Shown: piece after piece, positions 19,954 through 28,807 of the stretch
Layout: every line of letters starts with the position of its first letter
How positions within the stretch are numbered: position 1 is the stretch's first letter
DNA from: Minisyncoccota bacterium
Lineage (GTDB): Bacteria > Patescibacteriota > Minisyncoccia > Phycocordibacterales > GCA-2747955
Reading direction: 5' to 3'
Assembly (NCBI GenBank): GCA_020629435.1
Contig: JAHDDI010000001.1
Span: forward strand, 1-39,210
DNA: 39,210 bases
The notes under the pieces: generated by a model
Database searches by the model: none
Seen by the model: the letters and a program-made list of their open reading frames with translations, nothing else
What the model was told of the DNA's origin: nothing
Position numbers and translations under genes: made by a program

Positions 19954-20505
19954 TTACTTATTCATTTGCCAATCTTGGATTGTCTCTGATGGTGCAGTTA
20001 AATTAATGATATTCAGTGTCAGATTATCCCGTACTATATATGCTGTTGCGATTTCAAAAACTAGTACAATCGCAACAGTTACCCATATTTTGTTTTTTTG
20101 CGCCAAGACAAAACCACCAATCATGGCTATGGTATCAGAAATTGAATTAATAATACTGTCACCAGTATATCCCTGCGCCAATGCAGTCTGTCGGTAATGG
20201 TCGATAACCATTGGTGTATTTTCCAACAATTCCCATGATACTTCTAATGCAAGTGCGATAAACAATTTATAAGACACCGATTTTTTTGGAAATAGTAAAC
20301 TCAATATGCCGTAAAAAATAATTCCATGTAGTATGTGTGAAAAGGTATACCAATCAAACAGGTGTTGTGAATTGTCAGAAGAAAAAATATCTCCTGCCCA
20401 TATTTTTATATAACCGCACTCACACAATACAGGTTGTCCAAATAAAAATAAAATCAGAGCTTGGGTCACCAATGCCACAGTTGTAAAAATACATACAAGT
20501 TTCAT
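19954..20505 (-). CDS. DUF2585/UPF0314 family membrane protein
   Basis: GQPVLCECGYIKIW..SSDNSQHLFDWYTFSHILHG, WELLENTP..IDHYR, GYTGDSIINS, RDNLTLNI; ATG 20505 with TATACT 6 nt upstream. Confidence 0.88.
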   Translation of the reverse strand: MKLVCIFTTVALVTQALILFLFGQPVLCECGYIKIWAGDIFSSDNSQHLFDWYTFSHILHGIIFYGILSLLFPKKSVSYKLFIALALEVSWELLENTPMVIDHYRQTALAQGYTGDSIINSISDTIAMIGGFVLAQKNKIWVTVAIVLVFEIATAYIVRDNLTLNIINLTAPSETIQDWQMNK

Positions 20506-20549
20506 GTCTTTAGTATAAACCAAAACATCGCACATGCGATGTTTTGTTA

Positions 20550-23500
20550 TTAGTTTATGGTAAACGATGCGGTCTTCTCTACTCTACTGCCGTCTGTTTT
20601 TTCAATAATTACCTTGACCGTGTTTGTTTGTTTTAAGTCCCGTATAGAGTCTAGGTTTACCCGCACAGAATTTTTCCGATAATTACCAGATTCTATGTAC
20701 GAATTATTTACATAATAATATATAGTTTCTGCTTCTGTTGCGTCACCAGTCAATGAGATTGTGATAAATATTTTCTCGTCTGAACTAGTGATTAGGCCTG
20801 GTTGAGGTGAGGTAATAGAAAATCCAAATGGCTCATCTTCTTTGGGTTGTGGATCATCGTTATCGTCTGTATTACCTTGTGCCTCATCGATTAAATCAAT
20901 TAGTTCGTTTATTGTTGAACTTGAAAATTCTGTAACCCATCCTTGTGCCTGTGTCCATGTCTCTACACCATATTCAAAGTTTTCGTACAATGAATCAGCG
21001 CCTGGATTTGGTGTTCCATTTTGTGGGTTCGATTTATTAACCAAGTGCAATATTGAATGATACACACTTCTTCCAATACGCTGATAGATACCTGCTTCAA
21101 TTTCTTCTTCGGTTGGGTTTGGAATTGTCTCTCCTGTTTCTGGGTCGATATATGTCACACCTCCCTGTTCGTAATTACCCAACAATACTGATGGCCATGA
21201 TGATGTATCTCCAAGAGAATAATTTGGAAACGGTTTTGCCCCATAGGTCTTCAGTGCTGCGTCCATTGCAGAGCGCCATACCGGACCAACAACACTAGAA
21301 GATGGCGCACGCGACATGGGAGTGTTGTCGTTGTTTCCAGCCCACACACCAACAGTGATATCACTTGAATATCCAATAGTCCATACGTCACGGAAATTAT
21401 TAGTTGTTCCTGTTTTAACAGCTACCGGTGTGTTTCCGTAATACAGTCGTGAACTCTGCCCAAACACAGGTCGCTTTGCGTTGTCGTCAGAGAGAATATC
21501 GTTAATCATTGCTGCTACATTTGCAGAGAGAACTTGTTCTTCTTCTTCTGTAAACTCGTCGACAATTTCTCCTGACTGATCAACTACTGACTCCCATGCT
21601 GCTATTTGATGTCGCTTACCGTTGTTTGCAAAAGTACTATATGCGTTAACCATTTCCAACAACTGCACTTCACCACCACCAAGAACCAAGTTTAGTCCAT
21701 AAAAATTTGGTGACCTGGTTAAGCTACTAATACCTAAATCACGAGCCAAAGCCATAGCATCACTAATTCCAGTTAAATACAGTGCTTTCACCGCAGGAAT
21801 ATTAAGTGACCCTGCAAGTGCGCCTCGAATGGTCATGGGACCACGATATGTTTTGTCATAGTTTTGTGGTGAATAACATCTGTCTTTATATTGTGGTAAC
21901 TGTGGGGTTCCGTCGGGATAGCAACTGGTAGAAAACTCTGTAGGGGTGTCCCACAAAATAGTTTCAGGTGTGTACCCCTTTGCAAATGCGCTCGCATATA
22001 CAAATGGTTTGAATGTAGACCCCGGCTGTCGCAGTGCTGTAGCGATGTTAAATTTCCCGTCTATGTCTTCTGCAAAATAATCCTTAGACCCCACCATGGC
22101 TTTAATTTTTCCGGTACTATTTTCTATTGCGACCACTGCCAAGTTAGACGCGCCATACTGTGTTCCCAATCTTTCTGATTCAGTTGCGACTATTTCTTCT
22201 AGCTCTTGTTGTAGTTCCCAATCTAAGGTTGTTTGGATCTGGTATCCACCTAAATTTAGTGCTTCTTCTTCAGTAGATAATTTTTGGTCTAATTGTTCTA
22301 AAACATAAAATACAAAATGGGGGGCCTTAATACCTTTGTCTACTCGTTCTGTGAACACCACATCCTCTGATGCAGCTTGTTGGTATTGTGATTCGGTAAT
22401 ATATCCCAAGCTTCGCATTCGCCCTAAAATAAACTGTTGTCTTCCGTCAAATCGTGCCCTGTTATTTAAATATGTTGTTGGCGCTTTGGGTAGGGCCGCT
22501 AAATATGCAGATTCAGCAATTGACAGATCAATTGCTTTTTTGCCAAACATATTTAAACTCGCTTGTTCAACACCGTAAATAGGACCACCAAAAGCAATTT
22601 CATTGAGGTAAATTTCTAAAATTTGGTCTTTGGTTTTTTGCTTTTCTAATTTTCTTGCCAACACAACTTCTTTTACTTTTCGTTCTATTTTTCGGTCTGC
22701 ATTAAGTAGTGTATTTTTTATCACCTGCTGCGTAATTGTCGAACCACCACCACGGGGGCAGACTCCACCAAATGTGTCCATTTGTACTACCCGCGATATC
22801 TCGTAACATACTCCACGCAAAATGGCCGAAACATCATATCCTCCATGAGAATAAAATTCGTCGTCCTCGGTTGCCAGAATTGCTTTTTGCATGTTTGGCG
22901 AAATTTTATCCAAAGTCACAGTAGTTCGCTTTTCATCTTTAAACACATCGTACAGTAATACTTCCCCGGTAGCGTCGTATATTTTTGTTGATTGAGACCC
23001 CAGCACGTCATCAATATTACTTGCTGGAATTTCTAGTGTCGCCACCCATATAAAAAATATTCCCATGGCAACAAAACCAATTACAAAACCCCCTAAAATG
23101 ATGTTTTTTAACCATCGCCACAACCAAAACGATTGTTGTCGCGAATTATTTTTATTTCTTTTTTTGGGTAGATATTTTTTGATCATAGCTTTTATGTTGG
23201 CATTTCGTGACGGCACAACAATGTTATTTTGTTTTGGAACACGGGGATTTTCTTGTGCACCTGTAGTAATTATTTCTTTTTGTACACTCTGAGAGATATA
23301 TGTTTTTGCATCTGTTGCTAATTTGGCAATATGGGCCATTGGCGCTGCAACAAAAGCAAGCGAAGGTAGTGTTGGCTGCGGAGTATTAACAGTGAAATTG
23401 CATTTTGAAATAGATCGCACGCAAACATGAGCCTGCCTTAATAATACTACAGATGACTGCAAAAATAATTTCGAATATGTTGTTTTAATAACAGTGGCAA

Positions 23501-23891
23501 GACTTGTCTTGGTTGCAGACGACTTTGCTTCTTTGGTTTGTGCATTTTTTGCTACTTCCTGAGTTGTTTTGTTTTTCGGGAATTGCACATGCACATGTGG
23601 CTTTGATGTTTCAGTGGTAGCGGTATTTTTTGTATCAGCCTGTGTTTCAGGGTCTCGTAAATCAAGCACATGGCTAGACCCATTTGATTCAACTGATGAT
23701 AAAGATATATTTTCTGCAACTTGCTTGTGCGCTCGTTTGTTTAATTTGGCCACAGAAGTCACCGATTTTACTTCGTTTACAACAATATTTCCTGTAGTTG
23801 AAATACATAGCCATGCCCAATGAGCCATTCTATCGGTGATTGATTTTCTGTTCTTTATTCGACGTGGTCGCCTGGGTAATTGATGATTCAT
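20550..23891 (-). CDS. Class A penicillin-binding protein (transglycosylase/transpeptidase) with long N-terminal extension and C-terminal Ig-like domain
   Basis: EDDEFYSHGG, GGSTITQQVIKN, RKVKE, RQPGSTFKPF, SLN, KTGTT; start uncertain (23891 or 23924). Confidence 0.92.
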   Translation of the reverse strand: MNHQLPRRPRRIKNRKSITDRMAHWAWLCISTTGNIVVNEVKSVTSVAKLNKRAHKQVAENISLSSVESNGSSHVLDLRDPETQADTKNTATTETSKPHVHVQFPKNKTTQEVAKNAQTKEAKSSATKTSLATVIKTTYSKLFLQSSVVLLRQAHVCVRSISKCNFTVNTPQPTLPSLAFVAAPMAHIAKLATDAKTYISQSVQKEIITTGAQENPRVPKQNNIVVPSRNANIKAMIKKYLPKKRNKNNSRQQSFWLWRWLKNIILGGFVIGFVAMGIFFIWVATLEIPASNIDDVLGSQSTKIYDATGEVLLYDVFKDEKRTTVTLDKISPNMQKAILATEDDEFYSHGGYDVSAILRGVCYEISRVVQMDTFGGVCPRGGGSTITQQVIKNTLLNADRKIERKVKEVVLARKLEKQKTKDQILEIYLNEIAFGGPIYGVEQASLNMFGKKAIDLSIAESAYLAALPKAPTTYLNNRARFDGRQQFILGRMRSLGYITESQYQQAASEDVVFTERVDKGIKAPHFVFYVLEQLDQKLSTEEEALNLGGYQIQTTLDWELQQELEEIVATESERLGTQYGASNLAVVAIENSTGKIKAMVGSKDYFAEDIDGKFNIATALRQPGSTFKPFVYASAFAKGYTPETILWDTPTEFSTSCYPDGTPQLPQYKDRCYSPQNYDKTYRGPMTIRGALAGSLNIPAVKALYLTGISDAMALARDLGISSLTRSPNFYGLNLVLGGGEVQLLEMVNAYSTFANNGKRHQIAAWESVVDQSGEIVDEFTEEEEQVLSANVAAMINDILSDDNAKRPVFGQSSRLYYGNTPVAVKTGTTNNFRDVWTIGYSSDITVGVWAGNNDNTPMSRAPSSSVVGPVWRSAMDAALKTYGAKPFPNYSLGDTSSWPSVLLGNYEQGGVTYIDPETGETIPNPTEEEIEAGIYQRIGRSVYHSILHLVNKSNPQNGTPNPGADSLYENFEYGVETWTQAQGWVTEFSSSTINELIDLIDEAQGNTDDNDDPQPKEDEPFGFSITSPQPGLITSSDEKIFITISLTGDATEAETIYYYVNNSYIESGNYRKNSVRVNLDSIRDLKQTNTVKVIIEKTDGSRVEKTASFTIN

Positions 23892-23990
23892 GGCAATAAA
23901 TTTGATATCAGTACTATACAACACAATAGTTATTTTTTCATCAAAATAAAAACCCGTGTAACGGGTTTTTGTTTGATAATTGAGAATAGA

Positions 23991-24413
23991 TTATTCTTCA
24001 ATTTCTTCTACAACGTCCTCTACAATTTCCACTCCTTCTTCGGCCATTTCGGTTGCTGTTTCTTCTGCTCCTGTCACCATATCCATTGCATCACCGGCCA
24101 TATCTGCAACCGATTCTCCTGCGTCTTGAGCCATATCAACAGCACCTTCAACAACGTCTCCAACGGTGTCTGCAACAGCTTCTGCTCCATCCATAATCAT
24201 GTCTCCTGCTCCTGCTGCTACATCACCAGCCAGGTCTACTGCAGAACCTGCAGCTCCTACTACAGCGCCAGCTGCATCACCGGCCATATCTGCAACCGAT
24301 TCTCCTGCGTCTTGAGCCATATCAACAGCACCTTCAACAACGTCTCCTGCCATATCCATTGCATCACCGGCCATATCTTTAGTTTTTCCGAATAAATCTC
24401 CTAATAACGACAT
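23991..24413 (-). CDS. Acidic Ala/Asp/Gly/Met-rich repeat protein
   Basis: MSLLGDLFGKTK followed by 11/7-mer repeats DVVEGAVDMAQ DAGESVADMAG. Confidence 0.75.
   Translation of the reverse strand: MSLLGDLFGKTKDMAGDAMDMAGDVVEGAVDMAQDAGESVADMAGDAAGAVVGAAGSAVDLAGDVAAGAGDMIMDGAEAVADTVGDVVEGAVDMAQDAGESVADMAGDAMDMVTGAEETATEMAEEGVEIVEDVVEEIEE
24087..24347. repeat. Perfect 75-bp direct repeat (24087-24161 and 24273-24347)
   Basis: TGCATCACCGGCCATATCTGCAACCGAT...ACAACGTCTCC is identical in both copies. Confidence 0.9.
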
Positions 24414-24487
24414 ATAAATATTATTACTTGTATTAATATACAAATTGTAGCACAGATGATTCATCTGTTTTTTCTTTGTACACAATC

Positions 24488-24514
24488 AAAAAACGGGCAC
24501 CTAGGTGCCCGCTT
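24488..24514 (-). terminator. Intrinsic terminator
   Basis: CGGGCACC-ta-GGTGCCCG followed by a T-tract on the minus strand. Confidence 0.7.
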
Positions 24515-24521
24515 TATGTGG

Positions 24522-25034
24522 TCAAGCATATCTTTGATCCAGCCATGCCTCAAAACAGAATATGGCTTTGCCCGAATCCGTATCGATAACAACCGGTAGC
24601 CGCCCTGACGCATAGTGTCTCGCACACACCCAGAACAGGTCAATCGCTGACATGATCAAACATTGGTAGTACCTAATAACATCATCAGGTTTCTGTTCTT
24701 GTAGTGCTGAAACGTCTTGAACCTGAAACTGCATACGAATGTCTGATTTTGAGTAACCATCATTTGCAGGCAGATCTATCTGGGCGCTACCGTATCTCTC
24801 GAACACACCACCTTGGAATTCGTTCTCAGGACCCAAAACTACTACTCCGTAGCACAAATCCATTTCGATTTCACTTTGGAAACCTAGCGCATCGACGATC
24901 ACCTGGGTTGTGGGCAGATCAGTAGGATATTTCAAATAGTCTCTGTGTATCCTCTGGACTCTGGTATGCACAAACGTGGGAAGCGGAATGGACAAGATGA
25001 GTGGATCAACTTGACCAGTGGTTACATCTGACAT
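24522..25034 (-). CDS. Hypothetical protein (orphan)
   Basis: 170-aa ORF with AAGGAG SD and own terminator; no recognised motif. Confidence 0.65.
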   Translation of the reverse strand: MSDVTTGQVDPLILSIPLPTFVHTRVQRIHRDYLKYPTDLPTTQVIVDALGFQSEIEMDLCYGVVVLGPENEFQGGVFERYGSAQIDLPANDGYSKSDIRMQFQVQDVSALQEQKPDDVIRYYQCLIMSAIDLFWVCARHYASGRLPVVIDTDSGKAIFCFEAWLDQRYA

Positions 25035-25075
25035 TATAGTTCTCCTTCTTTGTATTAAGAGTAATGATAAAAAAA

Positions 25076-25576
25076 CTATTTGTCAAGTTTTGGCCGATAA
25101 TGTGCAAAAAATGTCAGTCCGCAGGCAATAGCGTCGTATTCGTCATCCAGTCGTTTGCCGTCGGGAATTTTGATTAAACGCTGTACCATATCAAATACTG
25201 CTCGTTTATCTGCGCGACCATTTCCAGCAACTGCCGACTTGATCTGCAATGGAGTAAATTCCATAATTTGTGCCTCGCTTTTTTGGGCTGCATATATAAT
25301 AATTCCCCGCGCTTGGGCTACTGCCATAGCTGTTTTTTGGTTGTTGGTAAAAAATAGTGTTTCAATTGCTAAATATTCTACGCTATATTCCGTACATAAC
25401 TGTTCGACTCGTTCTCCGACCTGTCGAAGGCGTTCGTTAATAGAATCGGATTTATCAGTGGTGAACGTTTCAGAATGCACCCAAACTTCACCAGTTCGCG
25501 CCCCAGGTGTGTAGTCCCGCTCTATAACAGCAATTCCAACACGATCATATCCAGGATCCACGGCAATTATTTTCAT
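25076..25576 (-). CDS. ruvC: Holliday junction resolvase RuvC
   Basis: IIAVDPG, AIETLFF, AQARG, TPLQIKSAVAGNGRADK, DDEYDAIA. Confidence 0.95.
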   Translation of the reverse strand: MKIIAVDPGYDRVGIAVIERDYTPGARTGEVWVHSETFTTDKSDSINERLRQVGERVEQLCTEYSVEYLAIETLFFTNNQKTAMAVAQARGIIIYAAQKSEAQIMEFTPLQIKSAVAGNGRADKRAVFDMVQRLIKIPDGKRLDDEYDAIACGLTFFAHYRPKLDK

Positions 25577-25580
25577 GTCT

Positions 25581-26621
25581 TTATTCTACTATTAGAACTT
25601 CTCGTTCCAAAGTGATTCCAAAATCTTTATGGACACGATTGATTATCATTTTACTGGCATGGTAAATTTCCTTTCCGTATTTGTCTGAAATTTTTGGGTC
25701 ATGTTTCTGGTTGTTTACTAACACTAGTGCGTGTTTTGGATACAAGAATTTTTCCCTAATTTTTTTATCTAATTTAGAATGTTCAATTAACCAACCTGCA
25801 GGGATGATTTTTTGGCCAGTTTGTTTATCAGAAAATACTGGCATTTCTTTGTACTGCTTTGACAGTCGTCTAACCATTTTTTCGTCTACTCGTGGATTTG
25901 CAAAGAATGACCCTGCAGTTCCAACCATATTCCAGTCTGGTAGTTTTGACTGCCGAATAGCGATAATTTCGTTGACAACATCTGTGGCCGTTAGTTCGTT
26001 ATTTTTTTGTAATTTTCTCAGTGGCTCATAGGTTAGTACAGGTGAGAATTGTTTAGATAAACGCAAACAAACTGACGTGACCACATATTGGCCGCGATTT
26101 TTTTTAAATATAGAATTTCTATACTCAAAATCACATTGTTCTCTTGTGTAGTCTGCAAACTGGAGAGTGTCTGCGTTTATAACAGCGACTGATGTAACTG
26201 TCTGTGATATTTCACTGTCGTAAGCACCAATATTTTGCACTACAGCACCACCTACTGTTCCCGGAATTAGTGCCATATTTTCTAATCCGTAGTATCCGTG
26301 CTCTGCACACCACAACACAGTGTCATGCCAAGACTCACCTGCGCCAAATTCAATAACAATTTCTGATTCGTTTTCACTAACAACAGAACGACCAGAAATA
26401 TTATTAGCGATAACCAACCCGTGAAATGTAGCAGTTGGTAGTATGTTTGAACCACCACCTAACACAAAAATATTTTGTGATTGGCCGCGAGCAATTTCCA
26501 AAACATCAACTAATTGTTGCCTATCTGTAACTGAAACAAAAAACTGCGCACGCCACGGCACACCAAAGGTATGCAATTCTCGCAGTTGTTTGTTTTGTTC
26601 TATTTCAAATGCAGGTAACAT
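25581..26621 (-). CDS. murB: UDP-N-acetylmuramate dehydrogenase
   Basis: LGGGSNIL, GLENMALIPGTVGGAVVQNIGAY, FEYRNSIFK, GTAGSFFANP, HALVLVN, LEREV. Confidence 0.95.
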   Translation of the reverse strand: MLPAFEIEQNKQLRELHTFGVPWRAQFFVSVTDRQQLVDVLEIARGQSQNIFVLGGGSNILPTATFHGLVIANNISGRSVVSENESEIVIEFGAGESWHDTVLWCAEHGYYGLENMALIPGTVGGAVVQNIGAYDSEISQTVTSVAVINADTLQFADYTREQCDFEYRNSIFKKNRGQYVVTSVCLRLSKQFSPVLTYEPLRKLQKNNELTATDVVNEIIAIRQSKLPDWNMVGTAGSFFANPRVDEKMVRRLSKQYKEMPVFSDKQTGQKIIPAGWLIEHSKLDKKIREKFLYPKHALVLVNNQKHDPKISDKYGKEIYHASKMIINRVHKDFGITLEREVLIVE

Positions 26622-26625
26622 ATAT

Positions 26626-27165
26626 TTAGCCTGCGTTTATGTATACATCTGTCACATCATCCAGCTCTTCCAATGCATCCATTAACGCTTCAACCTTGCT
26701 CTCATCGTCTTCAGCTACAGGAATTTCAGTTCCAGGATTTGGTTCCCATTGATCATCAGTATTTTTGGTAAATCCCCAAGAGACAGAACCTGGTACACCC
26801 ATTGCATACCCTGCTTTAGAAAATGCATGTTTGATTTCTTGGGCTGTTCTATTTCGATTATCGGTAATAGCTTCGACCATGTACCCCACACCTCCTGGGC
26901 CATATCCTTCGTACATGACCTGTTCCATGGCGTCTGCATTTTTGTCAGAACCCTTTTTGATTGCTCGTTCAATATTGTCTTTTGGGACATCAAATTTTTT
27001 CGCCTTGTCTACTGCAGCAATCACGTTTGGGTGTGTTGGGTCACCATTTGCTTCTTTTACTGCCACCGAGATAAGTTTCGACATTTTAGTAAAAATTTTT
27101 CCTCGCTTTGCATCAACTGCTGCTTTTTTGTGTTTTATATTTGCCCATTTACTGTGTCCTGCCAT
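26626..27165 (-). CDS. yebC: YebC/PmpR family protein (short form)
   Basis: MAGHSKWANIKHKK, YEGYGPGG, TDNRNRT, LEELDDV. Confidence 0.95.
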   Translation of the reverse strand: MAGHSKWANIKHKKAAVDAKRGKIFTKMSKLISVAVKEANGDPTHPNVIAAVDKAKKFDVPKDNIERAIKKGSDKNADAMEQVMYEGYGPGGVGYMVEAITDNRNRTAQEIKHAFSKAGYAMGVPGSVSWGFTKNTDDQWEPNPGTEIPVAEDDESKVEALMDALEELDDVTDVYINAG

Positions 27166-27240
27166 AGTACTGTGTAATTAATTTATATTCCATTTATTAT
27201 ACCAAAATATCTAGCCAACATGATGATATGATAATCAAAT

Positions 27241-27741
27241 ATGGAAAAAATGAATTTAAATGACTTAAAAAGTGAGACGATGGAATCTCTTTCTGTGAAA
27301 GCGGAGGTTTACTCGCCTGGATCATGGAAGAAAATACAGGGAGCAATAATCGAAATTGAAACAATGGAATTTAAAGACAAGGCGTTTAGCGCACAGGAAC
27401 TCCAGGAAGATTTTGAAAACAGGCAAAATGTAAATATTGTATTACGTCATGGAGTAATGGTTATTGGTTTTACATCTACAAGTATTAATGGAAATAACGC
27501 CCACATCAATAATGTCGTCATTCATCCTGATTACCAAGGACGTGGCCTTATTGGAACACTCATGTCTGAGTTAGAGAACACACTCAAGAGCCGTGCTGTG
27601 GTCGAAATTACCATGGATGCAGCTGTTGAAAACGGATATGCGGACAAAGTAAAAAAGTTTTATGGCGACAGGGTTCTGGAAATCGGAACAGACAAAAAAT
27701 CTCCTTGGGGACTACAGCGATTCTTTAGAATCTCTCTTTAG
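27241..27741 (+). CDS. GNAT family N-acetyltransferase
   Basis: HINNVVIHPDYQGRGL acetyl-CoA binding motif A. Confidence 0.85.
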   Translation: MEKMNLNDLKSETMESLSVKAEVYSPGSWKKIQGAIIEIETMEFKDKAFSAQELQEDFENRQNVNIVLRHGVMVIGFTSTSINGNNAHINNVVIHPDYQGRGLIGTLMSELENTLKSRAVVEITMDAAVENGYADKVKKFYGDRVLEIGTDKKSPWGLQRFFRISL

Positions 27742-28734
27742 TTATTTCGAAATTTGTAAATGCTCGTACGCCGCATCGGTCACTGTTCGTCCCCGTGGTG
27801 TTTTTTGAATTAAACCCATTTGCAACAGATATGGTTCATAGACCTCTTCGATGGTTGATGCGTCTTCTGAAATTGATGCTGCAATAGTAGACAGACCAAC
27901 CGGACCACCACCAAATTTTTCTATCATAGTGCGTAACATTTGTCGGTCAATTTCGTTTAACCCCAATGTGTCGACACCCTGCATGGCCATTGTGCGTTCA
28001 ACCACATCTGCTGTGATCTGTGTCCCATCTAGCTGTGCGGTATCACGACTACGTTTTAATAAATAATTAGCAGTACGGGGGGTCGACCTAGATCGCCGTG
28101 CAATTTCCAGCGCAGCGTCGTCGGTAACTTTCATATCTAATACCAGGGCTGAATTTTTTACAATTTTGGCAATTTCTGTTTCCGAATATAATTCTAATCG
28201 GTGGACCCCCCCTGAAAACCGGCTACGTAATGGTGGTGACATTAAACTGATTCTTGTTGTTGCTGCAACCAGTGTGAACGCTGGCATTTCTATTTGTACG
28301 GTTCGAGCACTCGGGCCCTTGCCGACAATAATATCCAATGTACCGTTTTCCATAGCAGGATATAAAATTTCTTCGATTGATTTATTTAGCCCGTGGATTT
28401 CATCGATAAACAAAACGTCACCATCTGACAGGTTAGACAGAATACTGGCTAGGTCTGACCCTTTTTCAATTGCAGGTCCGCTAGTTATTTTTATCTGCGC
28501 ACCAATTTCTTTGGCTATTAAATATGACAGAGTAGTTTTACCCAAACCAGGTGGTCCATAAAACAGCAAGTGTTCCGGGTTGTGTCCACGTTGTTTTGCA
28601 GCATCTAACAATACGGTCAGATTTTCTTTGATTATTGTCTGCCCAATATATGCATCCCAATTATTAGGACGTAAAATAGTATCTAAGTTTGCTAGATTTC
28701 CGGCGGTTGTTGGTTGGTCGTGTTGGTCAGTCAT
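27742..28734 (-). CDS. ruvB: Holliday junction branch migration helicase RuvB
   Basis: LRP..W..YIGQ, GPPGLGKTT, LFIDEIH, GGPVGL, EPYLLQ, TPRGR; ATG 28734 with TATACT 6 nt upstream. Confidence 0.96.
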   Translation of the reverse strand: MTDQHDQPTTAGNLANLDTILRPNNWDAYIGQTIIKENLTVLLDAAKQRGHNPEHLLFYGPPGLGKTTLSYLIAKEIGAQIKITSGPAIEKGSDLASILSNLSDGDVLFIDEIHGLNKSIEEILYPAMENGTLDIIVGKGPSARTVQIEMPAFTLVAATTRISLMSPPLRSRFSGGVHRLELYSETEIAKIVKNSALVLDMKVTDDAALEIARRSRSTPRTANYLLKRSRDTAQLDGTQITADVVERTMAMQGVDTLGLNEIDRQMLRTMIEKFGGGPVGLSTIAASISEDASTIEEVYEPYLLQMGLIQKTPRGRTVTDAAYEHLQISK

Positions 28735-28751
28735 ACAAACAGTATAGCAAA

Positions 28752-28774
28752 GGCCGCAGACTTCGTCTGCGGCC
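28752..28774 (-). terminator. GC-rich hairpin after pilB, adjacent to the ruvB -10 box
   Basis: GGCCGCAGAC-ttc-GTCTGCGGCC, perfect 10-bp stem; short T tail only. Confidence 0.5.
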
Positions 28775-28807
28775 AAAGCAATGCCGACTTTTCAACATAT
28801 GCAGGTG

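Noticed and set aside
18982..20549. Integrative element at tRNA-Lys
   Set aside because: No integrase and no duplicated tRNA 3' end seen in the window.
24077..24378. Repeats resembling a CRISPR array
   Set aside because: In-frame coding repeats with no unique spacers and no cas genes.
23880..24395. 171-aa Cys/His-rich plus-strand ORF
   Set aside because: Antisense reading of the acidic repeat gene; the composition follows from the complementary codons.
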